NCBI GenBank assembly: GCA_003193925.1
Contig: PSPG01000011.1
Location: 1-54,964 of the forward strand
DNA length: 54,964 nucleotides
Direction: 5' to 3'
Origin: Candidatus Thalassarchaeum betae
GTDB lineage: Archaea; Thermoplasmatota; Poseidoniia; Poseidoniales; Thalassarchaeaceae
Part shown: positions 39,778 to 49,136 of the stretch, in pieces
How the letters are laid out: each line of letters starts with the position of its first letter
How positions within the stretch are numbered: the stretch's first letter is position 1
The notes under the pieces: model-generated
What the model was told of the DNA's origin: nothing
The model's input: only the letters and a program-made list of their open reading frames with translations
Database searches by the model: none
Program-made: the position numbers and the translations under genes

Positions 39778-39820
39778 GCTCAGCGCCCCCCCTCTCTCGT
39801 CCTTGAATTGTTGCCTTCGC

Positions 39821-41014
39821 TCATGCGCTGTCTCTGAGAGCGTCCGCGAGGTAGTGGTACTCGTCGATGTGGTTGTACAGATGGGCTGAGACGCGCAGGT
39901 ACCTCCTGCCGTGATGGCTCCAGTTGAACACGGGGACTTGGATTCCGTAGTCATCGAGAAGGGATGTGTGAAGGAGGTCGCCGTCGAACACCGACGTCGC
40001 AACCGGACCTCCCTCCGGCATCAGCACCGTGCCAAGAGCGGCCAGCATCGAGTCGGGGCACGGAGGGGGTGTCCCGAGCGCCTCGGACAGAATCTCCCTC
40101 GCGGCCAGTGCGAGGCTGCGGTTCTGCTCCATGATAGCCGGCCAGCCGCCGTCGACGAGACCGCCGACATACTCGAGGGACTTGGGGATGCACAGCCACG
40201 GGCTCGGATCGCTCGTGCCCTGCCAGTCGAACTCGAGCCTGAAACTCTCCTCGACGCTGCCGGGCACGGAAGCCCCGTGACTGATGGTCAGCGGCCTTAT
40301 GCGCTCCATCCGATCGCTTCGGACATGCAGGAAGGCCGATCCCTTGGGCGTGCAGATCCACTTGTGCAGGTTACCGGTGCAGTAGGCCGGTTGCAGTCGA
40401 CCGAGGTCCAGTGGCACGATTCCCGGACCGTGGGCCGCGTCCAGCAGGACGTCGACGCCTCTCGACTGCAACTCCTCAACGAGCCGCTCGAATGGCATCC
40501 GCAGCCCGGTCGGACTGGTCACCGTGTCAATCATGGCTAGGCGGGTGCGCTCGGTGACGTGGCTCAGGACCGCCTCGACCACCTCGTCATCACTCTCCAC
40601 CGGGAATGGTATCGGAACGACCACGGTCTTTGCGCCGGCGCGCCCAGTGACGAAGTCGACAGCGTTCCAGCAGGCTTGGTACGAGTGGTCGGGAACCAGT
40701 ATCTCGTCGCCCCCGGAAAACTCCAGCGAGCGGAGGACGGTGTTCACGCCCCCGGTGGTGTTGGTTACGAAGGCCATGCCGGCGGGATCAGCGTTCAGGA
40801 AGCGGGACAGCACCTCTAGGGAGTTAGCCCAGAGCTCCTTCGAGACATCATCGAGGAACCTGACCGGGTCTGCCTCCATCTGGGCACGCAGGTCGCCTTG
40901 TAACTCGAGGACCGCTGTAGGTGTGGCTCCAAAGGAGCCATGGTTGAGGAACACCGTGTCCGGGTCGAGCGCCCAGTGGGGGGCCAGGTCACTCTTGCGG
41001 GGCAATGCGCTCAT
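39821..41014 (-). CDS. PLP-dependent class V enzyme, isopenicillin-N-epimerase / L-cysteine desulfhydrase / Egt2-like C-S lyase family
   Basis: FLNHGSFGATP, DAAHGPG, PLP lysine in GNLHKW, ISHG, FDWQGTSD, LRVSAHLYN. Confidence 0.85.
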   Translation of the reverse strand: MSALPRKSDLAPHWALDPDTVFLNHGSFGATPTAVLELQGDLRAQMEADPVRFLDDVSKELWANSLEVLSRFLNADPAGMAFVTNTTGGVNTVLRSLEFSGGDEILVPDHSYQACWNAVDFVTGRAGAKTVVVPIPFPVESDDEVVEAVLSHVTERTRLAMIDTVTSPTGLRMPFERLVEELQSRGVDVLLDAAHGPGIVPLDLGRLQPAYCTGNLHKWICTPKGSAFLHVRSDRMERIRPLTISHGASVPGSVEESFRLEFDWQGTSDPSPWLCIPKSLEYVGGLVDGGWPAIMEQNRSLALAAREILSEALGTPPPCPDSMLAALGTVLMPEGGPVATSVFDGDLLHTSLLDDYGIQVPVFNWSHHGRRYLRVSAHLYNHIDEYHYLADALRDSA

Positions 41015-41685
41015 GCGACTACCTCGGCAGTCCACGGCTCAGGCCGCGTGGGTACTCTGCCGAGTATGTCCTCGCAGTTCACTAGCAGAGCCTCTTCGAT
41101 GCGGGCCATGTCGATGGGCCTGCCTTCGAGATCGTGGGTGTAGCCGAGCTGGGCGAGGCTGGTGTGGACGCCCGGCCTCATGCCGCAGCCCTCGAGGTCC
41201 TCTACCCGGGTGCCAGGGGTCTGGATGTTGATCGACATGCCGTGGCGGCTGACCCAGTGCAGGAACGAGAGCCCGATCGAGCAGATCTTGTGGCCGTCGA
41301 CCCAAGTGCCTTGCATCGACGGGTCCGTGTAGGCCTCGATGCCGCAGTCGGCGAACGCCTTGATTGCCCAGTCCTCCAGCCTGCCGATGATGGCCCGGAC
41401 GCTCTGCTCCCCCAGCTCCCACTTCACTATCGGGTAGGCGACCAGTTGCCCGGGTCCGTGCCAGGTGATGCCTCCACCCCTGTCCGTGCGTACAGTCGGG
41501 TAGCCGTCGACCACAACGCCGTCTCTGACCGCTTTGGGCCCGATTGTGACGACTTCGGGGTGCTCGACGAGAATCAGCGTGTCAGGAATCTCGTCAGCGA
41601 TCCTCTGCCGTTGCATCTCCTTCATCACCTCCGCCATTTCATGATGCTCCACGATGCCTGCCTGGAGGATTCTGATCTCCCTCAT
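41011..41685 (-). CDS. lipB: Lipoyl(octanoyl) transferase
   Basis: VEHPEVVTIG, TDRGGGITWHGPGQLVAYPI, KICSIG, HGMSIN, GCG. Confidence 0.92.
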   Translation of the reverse strand: MREIRILQAGIVEHHEMAEVMKEMQRQRIADEIPDTLILVEHPEVVTIGPKAVRDGVVVDGYPTVRTDRGGGITWHGPGQLVAYPIVKWELGEQSVRAIIGRLEDWAIKAFADCGIEAYTDPSMQGTWVDGHKICSIGLSFLHWVSRHGMSINIQTPGTRVEDLEGCGMRPGVHTSLAQLGYTHDLEGRPIDMARIEEALLVNCEDILGRVPTRPEPWTAEVVA

Positions 41686-41694
41686 CTGCTCACC

Positions 41695-43131
41695 TCAGGT
41701 CAAGTGAATCGCGTGCCCCAGCGTCTTCAGCACGCTCTCGTGGAAGGCCTCGGCCATCGTCGGGTGCGCGTGCACGGTGCCTGCGACGTCCTCGAGTAGC
41801 GCGCCCATCTCGAGCGCCAATACGAACTCGCCGTGTAGTTCGGCGACGTGGCTACCCACGGCTTGGATGCCGAGAACGACGTGGTCGGACTCGCGCGCGG
41901 TCACGCGGATGAAGCCCCCGGTCTTCTCCGCCTCTATGGTCAGCGCGCGGCCGCTGGCGGCCAGAGGGAACTTACCGACGACGATTTGCTCGCCGCGCTC
42001 TGCCGCCTCGTCTGGCGAGAGCCCCACCGAGACGATCTCAGGTTCTGTGAAGATGATGGCTGGGATTGCTACCTTGTCGAACTCGCGCTCGAGGCCGGCG
42101 ATGATCTCGGCGACCATCTCGCCTTGCGCGCTAGCCTTGTGGGCTAGCAAGGGCTCTCCTACCACGTCACCGATGGCATAGACGCCGGGAGACGAGGTCC
42201 GACATTGTCTGTCGATTCTGATGAAGCGACCGGAGACATCCATCCTGACGCCCATGTTCTCCAGCCCCCAGCCCTTGGTGTTAGGCCTGCGTCCAACGGT
42301 CACCAGCACCTTGTCGACCTTGATCGAGTGCTCCTCGCCGCCCTTCTCGAAGTTGAGTTGCACCTTCCTCGCAGCTCCCTTGCCTTTGACCTCAGCACCT
42401 CGCGCCAGCGCGTTAGTGTGGACTGTGACCCCGTGCCTCTTGAGCCAGATCTCCAACGGCCTGCGCAGCTCCTTGTCGACGATGGTGAGAATGCTGTCGA
42501 GACCCTCGACCACCGTCACCTCGGTTCCGAGCTTGGCAAGAGCGCATCCGAGTTCGAGTCCGATGTAGCCGCCACCCACTATAGCCGCGCTCTTGGGCAG
42601 CCTGTCGAGCTCCAGAGCGCCGGTCGAAGAGAGGATGAACTCCTCGTCGCACGGCATGAAGGGGAGATCGATGTGGCTCGAGCCTGTGGCGATGATGACG
42701 TTCTCCGCCTCAATCTCCATTGGGCCATCGGTGGTGTCGACCACGCAGTGCTTGGCGTCCTTGAAAGTGGCCCAGCCTTTGACGAGCTCCGCACCCGCGC
42801 CCTTCAGCAGTCCCTTGACCCCCTTGTTCAGACGCTCGACTATCGAATCCTTCCACGCTACCAACGCAGCCATGTCGACCACAGGCTCGCCAATGACTGA
42901 GAGGCCCATGTGGCCGCCGTCTGAAGCATGCTGCTGCAAGGCCTCGAAACGCTCTGCTGCATGGATAATCGCCTTGCTTGGTATGCAACCGCGAATCAGA
43001 CAGGTTCCTCCTGCTCTGTCGGCCTCGATTATCACAGTGTCCAGACCGAGTTGGCCGGCCCTGATTGCGGCGACATAGCCGCCCGGTCCCGCGCCGACCA
43101 CTAGGACCTGACATTTTCGGGATTCAGTCAT
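41695..43131 (-). CDS. lpdA: Dihydrolipoyl dehydrogenase (E3)
   Basis: GAGPGGYVAA, GGTCLIRGCIPSK, GGGYIGLE, HAHPTMAE. Confidence 0.97.
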   Translation of the reverse strand: MTESRKCQVLVVGAGPGGYVAAIRAGQLGLDTVIIEADRAGGTCLIRGCIPSKAIIHAAERFEALQQHASDGGHMGLSVIGEPVVDMAALVAWKDSIVERLNKGVKGLLKGAGAELVKGWATFKDAKHCVVDTTDGPMEIEAENVIIATGSSHIDLPFMPCDEEFILSSTGALELDRLPKSAAIVGGGYIGLELGCALAKLGTEVTVVEGLDSILTIVDKELRRPLEIWLKRHGVTVHTNALARGAEVKGKGAARKVQLNFEKGGEEHSIKVDKVLVTVGRRPNTKGWGLENMGVRMDVSGRFIRIDRQCRTSSPGVYAIGDVVGEPLLAHKASAQGEMVAEIIAGLEREFDKVAIPAIIFTEPEIVSVGLSPDEAAERGEQIVVGKFPLAASGRALTIEAEKTGGFIRVTARESDHVVLGIQAVGSHVAELHGEFVLALEMGALLEDVAGTVHAHPTMAEAFHESVLKTLGHAIHLT

Positions 43132-43139
43132 CTTTCACC

Positions 43140-44384
43140 TCACATGAAGATCAGCGCGGGGTGCTCCAGCATTCTCTTCAGGTGCTGTATCAGTGCTGCA
43201 CCATTGGCGCCATCCACGACTCGATGGTCGAATGAGCTTGAGAGGTTCATAATCCTGCGGACGACTACTTGGCCGTCTCTGACGACAGGCATCTCGCGTG
43301 CCTTGTGGACGCCGAGGATCGCTACCTCGGGATGGTTGATGATCGGGGTGGCCCCTAGTCCCCCGTCGCGGCCGAGGCTGGTGATGGTGAAGGTCGAGCC
43401 CGTCAGGTCGTCGAGGCTCGCTGTGCCGTCGCGAGCAGCGCCGGTGACTCTCTGCATCTCCCCGGCCACCTGCCAGGCGTCCATCGCCTCGACGTGCTTG
43501 ACGACGGGCACGTACAGGCCACGCTCCGTCTGGGTGGCTATTCCGATGTGGACGGCGCCGTGGCGCATCACCACACCGGCTTGGTCATCATAGCGCGCGT
43601 TGCACTCGGGGTGGTCCGGCATTATCCTCGATAATGCCAGCATGATGAATGGGAGGTATGTCAGCTTTGGTTGGGCAACGTCGCGCGAGGCGTTGAGCAT
43701 CTGCCTCAATGACTCGAGTTCGGTGACATCTGCCTCCTCGAAGTAGGAGAAGTGCGGAATACTCGTCTTGCTGATCGTCATCTGCTCTGCTATCTTCCTT
43801 CGCAGCCCGACGACCTTGACCTCAGTGATGTCGGTCCGCTTGGTGGAGTGAGCCGCCGGATCCGTTCCAGCCACCGAGCCATCCCCAGCGATGAACGCGT
43901 CGAGGTCGGCATGCCGGATCCTTCCCGATGGCCCGGAGCCTATGACTCGAACTAGGTCGACGCCGGCCTCTCTAGCGCGGCGTCGGATGGCCGGGCTCGC
44001 CAGAGCCTTGCCGGAAGGCGCCGCAGGCGCCGGCTCCGGCTGGGGACTAGGTTCGGCCTCCGGCTCCGGAGCAGTCTCGGGCTCGGCCACCGGTTCGGAC
44101 TCCGGCACGGCCGCCGGCTCGGGCTCGGTGGGAGGCCCTGCGTCCTCGGAGTCGAACTCCACTAGGGCGGAGCCGACTGCAATCATGTCACCGACCTCAC
44201 CGCTCAGGGAGCTGACTACGCCTCCGACGGGAGAGGGGATGGTAACCGTCGCCTTGTCGGTCATGACGTCGACTATCGGGTCGTCCTCCTTCACGGCGTC
44301 ACCCACGCTTACGTGCCATTGGACGACTTCGCCCTCGACGACGCCCTCGCCGATGTCCGGCAGTCGGAACACGTGCGCCGCCAT
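43140..44384 (-). CDS. 2-oxoacid dehydrogenase E2 (dihydrolipoamide acyltransferase), single lipoyl domain
   Basis: LPDIGEG, lipoyl-Lys TDKA, PE/A-rich linker, ASPAIRR, FDHRVVDG. Confidence 0.95.
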   Translation of the reverse strand: MAAHVFRLPDIGEGVVEGEVVQWHVSVGDAVKEDDPIVDVMTDKATVTIPSPVGGVVSSLSGEVGDMIAVGSALVEFDSEDAGPPTEPEPAAVPESEPVAEPETAPEPEAEPSPQPEPAPAAPSGKALASPAIRRRAREAGVDLVRVIGSGPSGRIRHADLDAFIAGDGSVAGTDPAAHSTKRTDITEVKVVGLRRKIAEQMTISKTSIPHFSYFEEADVTELESLRQMLNASRDVAQPKLTYLPFIMLALSRIMPDHPECNARYDDQAGVVMRHGAVHIGIATQTERGLYVPVVKHVEAMDAWQVAGEMQRVTGAARDGTASLDDLTGSTFTITSLGRDGGLGATPIINHPEVAILGVHKAREMPVVRDGQVVVRRIMNLSSSFDHRVVDGANGAALIQHLKRMLEHPALIFM

Positions 44385-44386
44385 TC

Positions 44387-45403
44387 TCAGCCCTCCTGCG
44401 TCCTCTGTATTGCCGCGGCTATGCGAGCAGGTCCCGGCATGTAATCCCATTCTGTGGAGTGCGGGAACGGTGTGTCCCACCCAGTGACCCTCTGGATGGG
44501 GTTCTCAAGGTGGTAGAAGCAGCGTTCTTGGACCGAGGCAGCCATCTCTGCACCGAACCCACTGGTCTTGGGCGCCTCATGAACAATTACACATCTACCC
44601 GTCTTCACGACCGAGTTGACGACCGTGTCCCTATCCCATGGCACGAGGGTCTGCAGGTCAATGAGGTCACACGAGACGCCGCTGTCCCTGATCGCCTGCT
44701 CGCAGACGTGAACCATAGCCCCCCATGCGATTACTGTGCAGGCGCCTCCCTCCATCGCGAGGCGTGCCTCGCCCAGGGGTATCGAGTAGTGCGACTCGGG
44801 CACCTCGGCCTCCGGGTGGCCCTCCCAAGTGAGGACGTTGTGGGGATCGCCGTAGAACGGACCGCGATAGCATCTCTTGGGCTCGAAGAATATGATGGGG
44901 TCGTTGCACTCGATGGCGCTTATGAGGAGTCCCTTGGCGTTGAACGGGGTCGAGCAGTACACCACTTTCAGGCCCGGTGTGTGGGTGAATTGGGACTCTG
45001 GTGACTGTGAGTGGTGATGCCCGCCCCGGATTCCCCCTCCGGCCGGCGTGCGCACTGTGACAGGGGCCCAGTACTGGCCGCCCGAGCGATGCCTGACCTT
45101 GGCCAGCTCATTGACAATCTGGTCGTAGCCCGGGAAGATGTAGTCGGCGAACTGGATCTCGACCACCGGCCTGAGGCCGTTGATTCCCATGCCGAAGGCC
45201 GTCGCCATGATGCCGCCTTCCGAGAGCGGTGAGTCGAACACGCGGTGCGCACCGTGCTTCTCCTGCAGCCCGTCGGTGGTCCTGAATACGCCGCCGAAGT
45301 AGCCAACGTCCTGCCCATAGACGATGACGTCCTCGTCGCGCTCGAGCATGTTGTCGAGCGCGCTGTTGAGGGACTGGATTATGTTCATGTTCGGCATGCT
45401 CAC
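44387..45403 (-). CDS. 2-oxoacid dehydrogenase E1 beta (branched-chain type)
   Basis: DVGYFGGVFR, EIQFADY, HHSQSPE, FEPKR. Confidence 0.95.
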   Translation of the reverse strand: MSMPNMNIIQSLNSALDNMLERDEDVIVYGQDVGYFGGVFRTTDGLQEKHGAHRVFDSPLSEGGIMATAFGMGINGLRPVVEIQFADYIFPGYDQIVNELAKVRHRSGGQYWAPVTVRTPAGGGIRGGHHHSQSPESQFTHTPGLKVVYCSTPFNAKGLLISAIECNDPIIFFEPKRCYRGPFYGDPHNVLTWEGHPEAEVPESHYSIPLGEARLAMEGGACTVIAWGAMVHVCEQAIRDSGVSCDLIDLQTLVPWDRDTVVNSVVKTGRCVIVHEAPKTSGFGAEMAASVQERCFYHLENPIQRVTGWDTPFPHSTEWDYMPGPARIAAAIQRTQEG

Positions 45404-46638
45404 TCCCCCATGGCCTCGTCACGCTGCTCCTTGAGGTGCCAAGGCATCTCCTCGTAGACCTCGGTGAAGATAGTTTCAACCTCCGGGTGGGGCCCGTTCG
45501 CGAGGTCTCCGAACTTCACCGCCTCCTTGTACGCGTCCATCACCTCGGCGTCGATACGCTTCTCGAGCTCGGTCTGTTGCCCCACGCTCCACTCGCCGAT
45601 TGCGATGAGGTGATCCCTTAGCCTGTCGATGGGGTCGCCGCCCGGCCACTGCGCGTACTCATCGCCCGGGCGATAACGGCTCGGGTCATCGCTGCTGCTG
45701 TGCGCCCCGGCGCGGTAGGTGAGGACCTCGATGTGAGTGGCGCCGGCGCCGGAAGCAGCGCGCTCGCGCGCCCATTGGGTGACCGCATAGAGCGCCAGGA
45801 AGTCGTTGCCATCCACCCTTATCGAGACCAGCCCGTAGGGCAGGCCTCGTGAGGCGAACTCGTCGCCCCCCCTGGCGAAGCTCGCATGAGTGGATATCGC
45901 CCATTGGTTGTTGACGACGTTCAGGATGACGGGAGCATTGTAGACGCTGGCGAAGTTGAGTGCGTAGTGGTAGTCACCCTCTGCGGTGGCGCCGTCACCG
46001 ATCCAAGTGATGGTGACTTCGTCGAGTCCCTTGTACTGGGATGCCATGGCGACTCCGACAGCTTGGCTGAACTGGGTCCCGACGGGACTGGAGACGGAGA
46101 TGAACCGACCTTCCTTGTAGGTATAGTGAACGGGCATCTGCCGACCTTTGACGTTGTCCTCGGCGTTGCTTAGGCAGTGGCAGATCATGCTGACCATGTC
46201 GCGTCCACGGACGAACTGGGCGCCGGGCTGCCTGTAGGTGGGGAATATCCAGTCCTGCGTCTCGAGCGCCATCGTCTGGGCTATCGCGACGCATTCCTCA
46301 CCGAAGGAACGAATGTAGAAGGAGAGCTTGCCCGTCCTCTGCATCTTCATCATACGGTCGTCGAAGATCCTGAGGCGGACCATGTGCTCGAGACCTTGGC
46401 GCAGCTCGTCCGCATTGATCTCGGGGTTCCAGTCTCCTGACGCTTTGTTGTCGTCACCGAGCACCCTGACGAGACCATGTGCGTGTTTGATCGTGTCATC
46501 CGCGCTGCACTTCTTAGGGTCGGGTCTGCCTAAGTCGCCGGGCTTCCAGGGCCACGATTCAAAGGTGGCCTCGTCGCCCGCCCGGAATGGCCCGGTTGGT
46601 ACGTTGAGCGTCTTATCGCTCTTCTTCTTGCGCGCCAT
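45400..46638 (-). CDS. 2-oxoacid dehydrogenase E1 alpha (branched-chain, 2-oxoisovalerate type)
   Basis: KGRQMPVHY, ThDP motif GDGATAEGD...NNQWAIS, HSSSDDPSRYR. Confidence 0.93.
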   Translation of the reverse strand: MARKKKSDKTLNVPTGPFRAGDEATFESWPWKPGDLGRPDPKKCSADDTIKHAHGLVRVLGDDNKASGDWNPEINADELRQGLEHMVRLRIFDDRMMKMQRTGKLSFYIRSFGEECVAIAQTMALETQDWIFPTYRQPGAQFVRGRDMVSMICHCLSNAEDNVKGRQMPVHYTYKEGRFISVSSPVGTQFSQAVGVAMASQYKGLDEVTITWIGDGATAEGDYHYALNFASVYNAPVILNVVNNQWAISTHASFARGGDEFASRGLPYGLVSIRVDGNDFLALYAVTQWARERAASGAGATHIEVLTYRAGAHSSSDDPSRYRPGDEYAQWPGGDPIDRLRDHLIAIGEWSVGQQTELEKRIDAEVMDAYKEAVKFGDLANGPHPEVETIFTEVYEEMPWHLKEQRDEAMGE

Positions 46639-46660
46639 GACTACAACACCCTACCTTCGT

Positions 46661-47668
46661 TCAAGATGTTTGGCCCGCGGCCACAACCGGCTCGCCGCCC
46701 TGAGCCTCCTCCCAGAGCAATCCTGCCCTGTAACTGGAACGCACCAGCGGTCCACTGGCTACCGCCTTGAAACCCATCTCGCGAGCCTCGCGATCCCACT
46801 CGGCGAACTGCTTCGGCTCGGGAAACCCCTGTACAGGGAGATGACGGTCTCCGGGTTGCAGATACTGCCCGAGAGTGACCATCTCCACTCCGGACTCACG
46901 CAGCATGCGCATGGCCTCCGTGACCTCCTGATCACTCTCTCCGAGACCGACCATGATGCTGGATTTGATGCGTATGTCGGGGCGGAGCCGCCTCGCTTCC
47001 CTCAGGACCCTCAGAGACTGTTCAAACGAGGCTCTCGGGTCCCGAACCACTTCATCGAGGCGCGGCACGCACTCGACGTTGTGAGCGAAGACTCGCAGCG
47101 GCAGGTCATCCAACAGCATCGCCAGCGCCTCGAGGTTGCCGTCGAGATCGGAGCAGAGGAGCTCTAGCCCGACCTCGGGACTGCGCTGGTTGACAGCGAC
47201 GATGCAGTCGCGATAGTGGCCTGCCCCGCCGTCGGGCAGGTCGTCGCGGTTGACTACGGTGATCACGGCGTGGCTCAGTCCCATTCTCTCGACCGCCTCG
47301 GCCAGTTCGGACGGCTCGTTCGCATCGAGCGGCGGAGGCGTCTTGACCGTGCCAACGGCGCAGAATCTGCAACCGCGCGTGCAGACCTCCCCGGCCACCA
47401 TGAAAGTAGCAGTGCCCCTGCCCCAGCAGTCGTAGACGTTCGGACACCGAGCCTCCTCGCAGACGGTGTGCAGACCGTGCTCGTGGACGTTGGACTTGGT
47501 CTCGTTGTAGCGAATCTGTGCAGCACCTGTGGGAAGGGAGGTCCTGAACCAGTCGGGGAGGCGCTTGCGCATCGCTCTACGACGCCCTTGCCCCGTCCCT
47601 CTGGGTACACCGCCGCAACCGCCGCCGAGAGCGACTTCGGCTCCGACGGTAGGGAGGCGCGTTGCCAT
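46661..47668 (-). CDS. lipA: Lipoyl synthase
   Basis: CEEARCPNVYDC, radical-SAM CTRGCRFC, GQYLQP, RSSY. ATG 47668 lies about 28 nt below a TTAA box; alternative start is 47572. Confidence 0.97.
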   Translation of the reverse strand: MATRLPTVGAEVALGGGCGGVPRGTGQGRRRAMRKRLPDWFRTSLPTGAAQIRYNETKSNVHEHGLHTVCEEARCPNVYDCWGRGTATFMVAGEVCTRGCRFCAVGTVKTPPPLDANEPSELAEAVERMGLSHAVITVVNRDDLPDGGAGHYRDCIVAVNQRSPEVGLELLCSDLDGNLEALAMLLDDLPLRVFAHNVECVPRLDEVVRDPRASFEQSLRVLREARRLRPDIRIKSSIMVGLGESDQEVTEAMRMLRESGVEMVTLGQYLQPGDRHLPVQGFPEPKQFAEWDREAREMGFKAVASGPLVRSSYRAGLLWEEAQGGEPVVAAGQTS

Positions 47669-47770
47669 CGAGTGTGTCGGACGAACCCTCGCCGTTAACC
47701 ATTCTCCTACGGAGAATCCCTTCTCTCGTCTGGATACAACGGTAATATCGGGAGCGGCCCTCGGATGCTC

Positions 47771-48526
47771 ATGGCCCGGGGCACTGTGCTGGTCACAGGC
47801 GGAGCGAAGCGCATCGGCAGGGCGATCTCACTGCGTCTGGCGGCTGACGGCTACTCGGTAGTTGTTCACCACCGCGGTTCCGAGGAAGAGGCTGCCGAGG
47901 TCGTCGAGCGGATCCGCTCTGCGGGCGGCACGGCCGTCGCAGTCCAAGCCGACTTCTCCGACACCGAGGCAGCAGCGTCTCTGGTATCACAGGCCAGCAG
48001 CCTAGGTCCGCTGTGCGGCCTCGTCAACAACGCCTCCCTGTTCGTCCACGACGACATCGACACTATCGACTCCGAGGGCTGGGACGCTCACATGGACGTG
48101 AACGCCAAGTCGCCAGTGCTTCTGATCCGCTCTCTCAACCAGCACATCGGCGAGGATGGCAGGGCCTGCGTGGTCAACGTGCTCGACCAGAAGATCGCCG
48201 AGCCCAATCCGGACCACCTCTCGTACACGGCCTCGCGCTACGCCATGCTCGGCCTGACCGACGCCCTCGCTCGAGGACTCGCTCCCCGCATCAGGGTCAA
48301 CGCTGTGGCACCAGGTCACACCCTACCCAGCGATGACCAGACCGAGTCGGGTTTCGCTCGAGCCCAGTCCGAGTCCCCGCTCGGTTACGGACCAGCCCCC
48401 GATGACATCGCCGAGGCCGTCTCCTACCTGATGGGAGCGGGCGCGGTCACCGGCCAGGTGCTGTTCGTGGACTCGGGTGAGAGGTTCCTCTCCCGCGCTA
48501 GGGACGTGCTGTTCGAGACGGAGTGA
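47771..48526 (+). CDS. SDR oxidoreductase, pteridine reductase / FolM-like
   Basis: TGGAKRIGRAI, VNNASLF, NVLDQK, SYTASR, LAPRIRVNAVAPG; adjacent to folB. Confidence 0.85.
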   Translation: MARGTVLVTGGAKRIGRAISLRLAADGYSVVVHHRGSEEEAAEVVERIRSAGGTAVAVQADFSDTEAAASLVSQASSLGPLCGLVNNASLFVHDDIDTIDSEGWDAHMDVNAKSPVLLIRSLNQHIGEDGRACVVNVLDQKIAEPNPDHLSYTASRYAMLGLTDALARGLAPRIRVNAVAPGHTLPSDDQTESGFARAQSESPLGYGPAPDDIAEAVSYLMGAGAVTGQVLFVDSGERFLSRARDVLFETE

Positions 48527-48530
48527 TTCT

Positions 48531-48935
48531 ATGACCAACCACAGCGAGGCATTGCTGCGGCTGCTCGAGTCCAGAGGCATGGGGGTCTCATCCCTGTTTC
48601 TAGAGAGCGCAGACCGCGAGGTCGACGTGGGGATTCACCCTCATGAGGTGGGCTCGCCACAGCGAATCAGATTCGACATCCACGTGGTGACCGGGGGTGC
48701 CGAGAAGCCCCCGGAAGACTCGATTGACCAGGTCCTAGACTACGAGTATCTGCCCGCCGCATTGGATAGGGTTCTGGCGATGGATCGCCCCGCTCTGCTC
48801 GAGACCCTCGCGACCAGACTGCTCGACGAGGTTCTCGCCCCCTCCGAGGCCGTAGCGGCCTCTGTCAGCATCACCAAGCTGGATGCCCTCGAGGACGGTG
48901 GCAGGCTAGGATGCTCAATGACCCGGTTGAAGTAG
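48531..48935 (+). CDS. folB: Dihydroneopterin aldolase
   Basis: VGIHPHE...PQRIRFDI, LDY, LLETLA, SITK. Confidence 0.85.
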   Translation: MTNHSEALLRLLESRGMGVSSLFLESADREVDVGIHPHEVGSPQRIRFDIHVVTGGAEKPPEDSIDQVLDYEYLPAALDRVLAMDRPALLETLATRLLDEVLAPSEAVAASVSITKLDALEDGGRLGCSMTRLK

Positions 48936-48937
48936 AG

Positions 48938-49019
48938 TGCAGGGGGCAGGATTCGAACCTGCGAAGGCCTTGCCACCGGAGTTTAAGTCCGGCCCCTTTG
49001 ACCGCTCGGGCACCCCTGC
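48938..49019 (-). tRNA. tRNA-Leu (anticodon UAA), intronless, CCA not encoded
   Basis: Acceptor GCAGGGG/CCCCTGC plus discriminator A, anticodon arm CCGGA-CTTAAAC-TCCGG, long variable arm, T arm GCAGG-TTCGAAT-CCTGC. Confidence 0.95.
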
Positions 49020-49136
49020 ACCCCCTCAGCAAGGCCATCATCACTTGAACCGAGCGCACGCAGCCCATGGATAATTGACTCGTCTCGTGCCCTTAAGGCA
49101 CGAACGCTTTAACACCCCTCTGACGGCGGAGAAATC

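Noticed and set aside
44020-44135. Repetitive GGCTCCGG/GGCTCGG sequence
   Set aside because: It encodes the normal Pro/Glu/Ala linker of E2 and is not a DNA repeat element.
48938-49019. tRNA-Leu as an integration site for an island
   Set aside because: No integrase, no duplicated tRNA 3' end and no composition shift on either side.
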